A stretch of DNA of 64,000 nucleotides from an uncultured Elusimicrobia bacterium. Lineage in GTDB: Bacteria > Elusimicrobiota > Elusimicrobia > 2-01-FULL-59-12. Numbering within the stretch: position 1 is the first letter of the stretch; the number at the start of each line of letters is the position of its first letter. The notes beneath the pieces are model-generated. The model was given only the letters and a program-made list of their open reading frames with translations. It had not been told where the DNA came from and made no database searches. Positions 57,760-64,000 of this stretch are shown here, piece by piece. The position numbers were made by a program, and so were the translations under genes. The stretch is from contig OY969767.1 in the NCBI GenBank assembly GCA_963702895.1, positions 672,001-736,000 of the forward strand, written 5' to 3'.

Positions 57760-59010
57760 TGGAGTAACGGAGTATCGGAGTATCGGAGTGCCGGGGTAAC
57801 GGAGTAACGGGGTGCCGGAGTAACGGAGTAACGGAGTATCGGAGTAACGGAGTACCGGAGTAACGGAGTAACGGGGTCACGGCAGGCTGCAACGAAGTGC
57901 CGGAGTGTCGAAGTATCGGTGTAACGGCACGACGATCGAAAAGGAGGAATGTGGATAGACAATAAATTGAGAATGTTGAGCCATTGGACTTTGAGGTTTT
58001 GACTCCGATACCCCGTTACTCCGTTACGCCTTTGCCGTTACCCCGATACTCCGGTACCCCGTTACTCCGATACGTCGTTTCTTCAACGAATGAGCCAGCT
58101 CTCAGGCGATTCGATCATTCGGACCAACTGAGACAGGATTTGATCATAAGTCAATCGCAGAGCAGCGGCACGGGAAGGGTCAAGGTATCGACAATGAACG
58201 GCAAATTCGATCCAGGTCCGGGTTTCACACGCTTCGCATTCAGCGTCGTTCAGCTTGGCAACAAAAGCTGCTTTGTATCGGCGTTTTCTCCAGGCTTCGG
58301 CCAGATTGGAGCAAACAGAGCGTGAACTTCTTCTTATTTGATCCACCAGGGAGTATCGCTCTTCGCTTGGGAATTCCTTTGTCAGGTGGAATATTTCCAT
58401 GGCGACTTGGAAAGCGTTCTTGTAAACGAGCAACTCCTCAAGGTTTCTGGCAAACGGATTCATCTATATCCTTAGATGCAATTTGCCAAGATTTATTCAT
58501 TTCTCCGTCCATCTCCCGCTGTTACGCCGTTGCCGTTACCCCGGCACTCCGATACCCCGTTACGCCGTTGCCGTTACCCCGGCACTCCGATACCCCGTTA
58601 CGCCGTTGCCGTTACCCCGATACTCCGGTACCCCGTTACGCCGTTGCCGTTACCCCGGCACTCCGATACCCCGTTACGCTGTTGCCGTTACCCCGATACC
58701 CCGTTACCCCGATACTGCCACCCCGGGGCCCACGTTTCCCGTGGGACTTCTGGTCGGGGAAAAAAGGTCTTTGGATCGATTCAATGTGCGCCCGGCGGGC
58801 AGTATCCTTATGGTGTGGAAAAAAAGGTTCCTGGGAGGGGATCTTTTAGGTCGACTATTATGATAACGCGATACTTATCGTGGTTGTATCGGCGTATCGG
58901 AGTATCGGCGTATCGGCGTATCGGAGTCACGGCCGTTACCCCGACACTCCGATACTCCGTTGCGCCGTCGCCTTTACCCCGATACCCCGTTACCCCGATA
59001 CCCCGTTACG
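57760..59010. repeat. Octamer tandem arrays (GGAGTAAC/GGGGTATC and reverse complements) at 57760-57926, 58001-58072, 58520-58717, 58885-59010
   Basis: Direct reading; further copies at 45605-45700, 50505-50607, 52868-53010, 55068-55104, 55201-55277, 56958-57043, 57108-57150. Confidence 0.92.
58083..58463 (-). CDS. Four-helix-bundle protein (23S rRNA-IVP/bAvd-like family)
   Basis: 'EELLVYKNAF...IFHLTKEFPSEERYSLVDQIRRSSRSVCSNLAEAWRKRRY..AF...L.DAE.EA.ET..W'. Confidence 0.93.
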   Translation of the reverse strand: MNPFARNLEELLVYKNAFQVAMEIFHLTKEFPSEERYSLVDQIRRSSRSVCSNLAEAWRKRRYKAAFVAKLNDAECEACETRTWIEFAVHCRYLDPSRAAALRLTYDQILSQLVRMIESPESWLIR

Positions 59011-62000
59011 ATGTTTCGCTCTTCGCCTCTCGCTCCTCTGTCTTCTCTCGCTTCTTAGCCGTCTCCCTCTCTCTCTCGATGATCCTCACCGCGCCGGGCA
59101 CAACCGCCTGGGCGGAAGTCAGGTCTCAGAATGAGACGGAGCAATTAAAGGTCACCTCGGATAATGAGCCAGGAAAAAACTACAAGTCTTTAATCAAAAA
59201 CCCCAAGGCTGGTGGCGAAGCCATTCAATTGCTGCAAGCGCTTGCCAATTTGGGTATGGAACTTGGCTCTCGATTCGTAAAGCCTCAATCGATCTCCTCG
59301 ATGGCAGCTTTTCCCTTTGGTGGGCGTGGAGTTGAAAAAGGTGACGCCCAATACGCGAATCCCATCATCGTGCAGCACGATGTTGCGAATCTTGGTCATG
59401 ATGTGCGCACGTATCTGGGCGACATCCCAGTCATTGATTTAGACGAATCGGCTGCAACTCCTGACCAGTTGAGATATGGTGTCGCCAAACGGATGTTCGA
59501 GAGCATTGTTCACCCTGAACGAGATTCGCTTGAGGGTGGTACTGAAAAGGCTGGCGCGCCCGCATCCAATGCTTCCGTAGCCTCAGCAAATCCGAACGCG
59601 GGAGAAGAGCTTAATATTCCTCATATGCTGGAAATTCTGAAAAGCCAGCTTGGGGAAGCGGACAAGTCTGGAAAGGCGCGAGGCGGAGTTGTCGACGCCT
59701 ATCAGACGATGGTGGATGAATATAAGAACCTTTACGTTTCTAACGGTGTAGCAATAAAGATCAATCAGTATCTTCTAACGAAAACCAAAGCCGAACTTAA
59801 TGAGCTCGCTGTCGTCATCAATCAGTTAGAGATACAGAAAGCGACATGCGGCGGCGTGTTCACCCCGGCCTGTGTAGCTGTTGGCCGGCAACTTTCTGAT
59901 GCGCATGCAAAAAAGAAAGAGTTGCTCAAGAGACAAGCTGAATATGAAACAGCTTTGCGAGAAGCACAAGAATATTTCGCGGTGGCCAAACAGATGCTTC
60001 AACAGCTGCGGCAGGCTTCTTCAAATCCGAAGATGTTTGACTTTGACCACATGCTCAAGGGAGAAAAAGCTGAAGGTTATGACACTTCAAAGAGCCTTGA
60101 TGGTGTCATAGATGAGAGATATAACGACTGGAAAATGAAGCAAAGCAACAATGTCTTCGGAACGCTGACCAATTCTGTAGGCAGTTGGATATGGGCCCAC
60201 AAAGGGGCGATTATTGGTGCGGCGGTGGGCTTAGCGGCTGTAGCGGGCGTGATCGTATTTGCGCCAGCCGTGATTACGGGAGTTGCGGTGGCAGCCGTCA
60301 CCAAAGCGGCATTATTCGTCGGCGCGACTGCCGCTCCTGCTGCATTGACCACTGCGGCAGGTTGGGTCGCTGGGACGACGGCATTGGGAATCGGAGGTAC
60401 TGTAGGTGCGATGGCAGGGTCGCAATATGATGCAGGCGTGTTGTCAGCGAATCAGGCGACCATCCAGGCGGATGCAGCGCGAGCCGAGAGTACAGCATAT
60501 CGTCAAAAAACAGGAGCTTGGTTTGACCAATTGAAGGCATCCGGAGCCTCCCAAGATGCGTTAAGTAAGTTTCTTGCCGAGAGTGCGCGCAACGGACATG
60601 CCATGGATGCCGCCAAGACATTGCTGGCCGCTCAAAACGCGGCGGCTACAGCTTATAAGAACCTCGTCGGTATCGCTGCTCAATTACAAGATATCTTAAG
60701 TGGTGGGAACAATGCGCGTGATCAGTTCTTGCGTATAGCCAAGGCTTTAGGCGGTAGCTCCGTAGAGAATACCCTAGCGTCCAATTTGCGTAACGGCATG
60801 AAGTTGAACGATGCTGCCAATCATCTCTTCTCTTATCATTCCAATAATGTGTTGAAGTCTGTAGGCCAATCGTTCCAAGAGGGAATGCAATCATCATTCA
60901 TGAAAGGGCTTGAACAAACACGCAATGAGGTGAAAAGTGCCCAAGAGAATGCAAATAAAGTCCGACAATCAATCTTCCAGGCAGCCCAGAGCGGAGACCA
61001 TGATGCTCTAGCATTTGCGCGACAGAACGGAATGCAGTGGTTCGACTCTTATACAGGCGAACTCAGCCAAAATGCGTTCGATACTTCTCTCAAAGACCCG
61101 ACATCTGTTGGTCACTCATATGGGGACTACTCAACCCGCGTTCACAACACCTACAGTGGTGTGTCAAACCCGATATCGCCAATTGTAACAGCAGTGAAAG
61201 ATGCTTGGGGAGACTCAAGCGTGCTTCAGGATGGTGTAGTAGGAACGATTGGCCGCGTGGCCTGGGCGGGCGCCACAAGTGCTGTGAATTCTGTATTTGA
61301 GGTCGTCATGGATCCGGCCATGGCGGCTGGTGGTGCCATCTTCTCATTGAGTGGGAGCGCCATGCAGCGGTTTGGGGATACATATACCGGCCAGTGGCTC
61401 CAAACGGTTGGTGCTTCCCAATTCGGCAATACCGTCTTTTCACGCTCGCTAGGCGGCAATGCCTCCAGAGCCGTTCAATTTATGACAGGCGTCTCGGATC
61501 AAGAGCTGCTGCTTGACTACTCAAGCGGTCAGGGCCTCTTTAATACGAGAAATAGCCAATTCAACAGCTTCCTTAATACAACCAGACAAGAGCTGTTGCA
61601 GGAGGGCCAGCTGATGTCAAATGGTGCTGACGTTCTTAGCACCGTAAATATCAAAACAGCAAGTATGCGAGTGGGATCTCATGGCATCAGCGATTTATAT
61701 GCTGGCAATTACCTCTCAGGTGCGGCAAAGTTGGTGGGCGCAGGCTTGTCTATCGGCGGTCAGACGATGCTGGACATGGGCTCTTCCATGGGCGTTTTCA
61801 ATACGGGTATTGGGTATCTTGGTAAAGGTAATGCTTTTGTCCGTTCTGCCCTTCAAACTACCTTCGTACGTCTCCCTATGGCCCAATTTGGAATCGGAAT
61901 GGCGCATGACATGCGGAATATGTGGGAAGGCGTCCTCGCAGGAATGCATGGTGACACAGCCACGTCTGCCAAACTCTTTGGCAGTGGGTTGGTGGATTTT

Positions 62001-64000
62001 GCGGGGACGGCAGCTGGAATGACCGGCTTGGGCAGCATGCGTGCGGGAGCGCGTGCGGCTGGTGAACTGGGGAAGGGTGCTCCCGTCATGCAGCGGGCAC
62101 AGGCATACGCTTCCGGGTTTGCCCGTGACTTCGCGCCACGTCTCGTTTTCGAGACTGGGAAGCTGGGAATTCAGGGTGGATTGGTTTTGGCCGGTGGTGG
62201 CCTCATGGGTGGCGAGGGAGCCTTAGGGGGTGCTCTAGGCGGTGTGAAGGCCATTGAGATTGCTCCCCATCTTCCTGATTATGTACGTCTTCAGGCAGAT
62301 GAAATCAGAGTGGCCAATGACGTTGCTGCACGGGCCAGCATCAACACACCAGCCCAGGCTGAGAAAGCAGGGTATGCGACTCGGATTTATGAAAGGGCCC
62401 TATCGCGCTTTAGCGAATCCCAACTGAGTGCAATAGCCAAAGGTGAGGCTGGCCCAACGATAGACCTGGGTGCGAAGAACCCAGGCCTATCCTTAACACA
62501 ATCCAAAGTAGGTCGTTTCTTGCTTCGTGTAATGGGGAGCGAACCCGTCAATCCAGACAATACGCTGGCCGCATCCTTCAAGGTCGATGCCTCGAACCCT
62601 TACTTAAAAAAAGCGGCTGAAAATGTGCTCGTCAAACGAGTGGTGCCACAATCGACCGGGACCATAGCTGAGGCGCTCCGCGCTGGCTATCGTGAAGTAA
62701 GGTCCATGTTGAGCCCAGAGCCTGCGATGCAATTGGTGGGTGTTGGTGGCATGGTGCTAGGCGAATTTTCTGCCCCGAGAGAAATCACGCGTCAGTCTGT
62801 GGCGTCGAGATCTTCTCAGGCCCCTCAGGAGGCCACTCAGCCTTCAAGGTTCCAGAGGTACAAAATCTTCAGGGCTGAACGCGTGCAAAGCCCAATCGAA
62901 GCACTTAAGCGTCTGCATGAAACAACAGTTCAAGCAGGAGAAGCGTTGCGTGCTAACCCAAGCGATGCGAACTTAGCAAGAGCCTATAAAAAGGCGGCAG
63001 CCCGCGAACTGAGCGCGGTAGGTGAAGTTCGTGACATCCTGATTTTGCGAGGGGGTGCTGAGTCTGGAATCCGGGATATTGCGGAGACCTTAAGGCGCAC
63101 GAGGGAAGCTAATCATGAATTGAGTCGACTTGCGGATGAAGCAGGAGCGCATGTCAGTATAGCCGTGGGTTCCGAGGCGCTGGCACGCGCAGGCAACAAT
63201 GCGACTCCCTTACAGGTAGCGGAGGCAAAGTTCCGCCAGGCTTCGGGCGTTGCGCAGCTGGCGCGGGCGACGAACGATGGGACAGTGCCGGCGCGCCAAG
63301 CAACGTATAAAGCCTATGCTGAACTTGAAAGAGCGCGCGCTGACCTGCTTGAAGCGCAGTTGCGTGCAGATGAAGCGCAGAAACCTTCATCAGGGGGCCC
63401 TGATGCGCGGCTTGCGGAATTGCGGGCTCAAGAGGTGCGGGCTCAGGTCGCGGTAAGCCGTGCTCAAGCGGAGGCCCTCGAGAGCATGGCTCGCAGTCGT
63501 GGCGAATTGAACGCGGCGAGTGATCGTCTTAAAGCGGTACGACAGGCAGCGCAAGAAGCAAGAGACGTACGTGTCGGAGAGGAAATTGAACAAGCAGGGC
63601 GGTATCGAGCGCGCCTCCAGGAGCAGGAAGCGATCCTTAGCGACTCCTCACGAGCAAACGATCACGCTCAGGCTGTTCGGGCTAAGAAGGCTCTTGAAGC
63701 CGAACAATATCTCGCGAAGCTCAAGGCTGAAGGCGAGCATCCCGCAGCGGGTAGATACATCGAGGCAGAGCAGCAGGCTGCTTATCTCCGGCGCTTGGCA
63801 GACAAAGGGCTTGATCCCGTAACAGTGCGCGATAAGATACTGCATCCTGTTGCATCTTTGCGACGATCATCTGCCTTGCGTCAGTTAACCAAAGCAGTTC
63901 ATCAAGAAGTTGTATTCAAAAAGGCTCTCGATGGTGTCGTATCCAAGTTGTCGCCAAAAGTTCAGGCTGATGGGGAATGGGTGCGGTCGCTTCTTTCCGG
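58860..64000 (+). CDS. Giant exported-type protein, N-terminal >=1713 aa (runs off the window; absent from ORF track)
   Basis: Manual translation is open from ATG 58860 to the window end; signal-like 'FSRFLAVSLSLSMILTAPGTTAWA'; coiled-coil segments; Gly/Ala-rich hydrophobic stretches. Confidence 0.85.
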   Translation, partial: MITRYLSWLYRRIGVSAYRRIGVTAVTPTLRYSVAPSPLPRYPVTPIPRYDVSLFASRSSVFSRFLAVSLSLSMILTAPGTTAWAEVRSQNETEQLKVTSDNEPGKNYKSLIKNPKAGGEAIQLLQALANLGMELGSRFVKPQSISSMAAFPFGGRGVEKGDAQYANPIIVQHDVANLGHDVRTYLGDIPVIDLDESAATPDQLRYGVAKRMFESIVHPERDSLEGGTEKAGAPASNASVASANPNAGEELNIPHMLEILKSQLGEADKSGKARGGVVDAYQTMVDEYKNLYVSNGVAIKINQYLLTKTKAELNELAVVINQLEIQKATCGGVFTPACVAVGRQLSDAHAKKKELLKRQAEYETALREAQEYFAVAKQMLQQLRQASSNPKMFDFDHMLKGEKAEGYDTSKSLDGVIDERYNDWKMKQSNNVFGTLTNSVGSWIWAHKGAIIGAAVGLAAVAGVIVFAPAVITGVAVAAVTKAALFVGATAAPAALTTAAGWVAGTTALGIGGTVGAMAGSQYDAGVLSANQATIQADAARAESTAYRQKTGAWFDQLKASGASQDALSKFLAESARNGHAMDAAKTLLAAQNAAATAYKNLVGIAAQLQDILSGGNNARDQFLRIAKALGGSSVENTLASNLRNGMKLNDAANHLFSYHSNNVLKSVGQSFQEGMQSSFMKGLEQTRNEVKSAQENANKVRQSIFQAAQSGDHDALAFARQNGMQWFDSYTGELSQNAFDTSLKDPTSVGHSYGDYSTRVHNTYSGVSNPISPIVTAVKDAWGDSSVLQDGVVGTIGRVAWAGATSAVNSVFEVVMDPAMAAGGAIFSLSGSAMQRFGDTYTGQWLQTVGASQFGNTVFSRSLGGNASRAVQFMTGVSDQELLLDYSSGQGLFNTRNSQFNSFLNTTRQELLQEGQLMSNGADVLSTVNIKTASMRVGSHGISDLYAGNYLSGAAKLVGAGLSIGGQTMLDMGSSMGVFNTGIGYLGKGNAFVRSALQTTFVRLPMAQFGIGMAHDMRNMWEGVLAGMHGDTATSAKLFGSGLVDFAGTAAGMTGLGSMRAGARAAGELGKGAPVMQRAQAYASGFARDFAPRLVFETGKLGIQGGLVLAGGGLMGGEGALGGALGGVKAIEIAPHLPDYVRLQADEIRVANDVAARASINTPAQAEKAGYATRIYERALSRFSESQLSAIAKGEAGPTIDLGAKNPGLSLTQSKVGRFLLRVMGSEPVNPDNTLAASFKVDASNPYLKKAAENVLVKRVVPQSTGTIAEALRAGYREVRSMLSPEPAMQLVGVGGMVLGEFSAPREITRQSVASRSSQAPQEATQPSRFQRYKIFRAERVQSPIEALKRLHETTVQAGEALRANPSDANLARAYKKAAARELSAVGEVRDILILRGGAESGIRDIAETLRRTREANHELSRLADEAGAHVSIAVGSEALARAGNNATPLQVAEAKFRQASGVAQLARATNDGTVPARQATYKAYAELERARADLLEAQLRADEAQKPSSGGPDARLAELRAQEVRAQVAVSRAQAEALESMARSRGELNAASDRLKAVRQAAQEARDVRVGEEIEQAGRYRARLQEQEAILSDSSRANDHAQAVRAKKALEAEQYLAKLKAEGEHPAAGRYIEAEQQAAYLRRLADKGLDPVTVRDKILHPVASLRRSSALRQLTKAVHQEVVFKKALDGVVSKLSPKVQADGEWVRSLLS

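Noticed and set aside
58083..58463. Diversity-generating retroelement suggested by the Avd-like gene
   Set aside because: No reverse transcriptase and no TR/VR pair differing at adenines was seen in the window.
58083..58463. 23S rRNA intervening sequence
   Set aside because: The flanks are octamer arrays and Tad genes, not rRNA.
57723..59134. ORFs 57723-57962, 57984-58325, 58322-58849, 58483-58863 and 58880-59134 with 'RYPVTPLP' repeats
   Set aside because: They are open only because the C-rich octamer strand has no stop codons; there is no independent coding evidence.

Overview
GC-rich bacterial chromosomal segment; the gene content loosely suggests an Elusimicrobiota-like lineage, which is inference only. 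The left third starts with the 3' part of an IS110-family element. It then runs through a conserved housekeeping block: priA, def, fmt, htpX, rlmN, a PASTA protein, rpe, rpsP, trmD, rplS, rnhB, an inserted HigBA-like TA pair, yraN, comM/yifB, dprA, topA and xerC. The middle holds a dense two-component cluster (two OmpR-type regulators, REC-GGDEF, single REC, Cache/HAMP kinase, REC-kinase, NarL-type regulator), two paralogous 740-aa membrane proteins of unknown family, a DUF1016 nuclease between two repeat arrays, a TPR/OmpA protein and an FtsH-like protease. The right third is a Tad/Flp pilus locus: tadC, tadB, a CpaE-CpaF fusion, a minimal secretin, cpaB, TadE/G-like proteins and two Flp-like pilins. 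It is linked to a PorV-like barrel, a T9SS-CTD-like protein, an Avd-like four-helix-bundle gene, and a giant secreted-type ORF (58860..>64000, >=1713 aa) that is absent from the supplied ORF track. Three signals stand out. (1) Inverted arrays of an 8-nt repeat (GGAGTAAC/GTTACTCC) sit at the 5' ends and leader peptides of the Tad-locus exported genes and surround the Avd-like gene. (2) An 11-bp-periodic GTTAC box array lies at a fixed distance from the -10 element of five dispersed promoters, which would put the paralogous membrane proteins in the same regulon as the Tad operons. (3) Together these point to a Tad-associated, possibly contact-dependent protein-delivery system. Several families of palindromic repeats are scattered throughout. 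Three apparent single-base deletions may be assembly errors.
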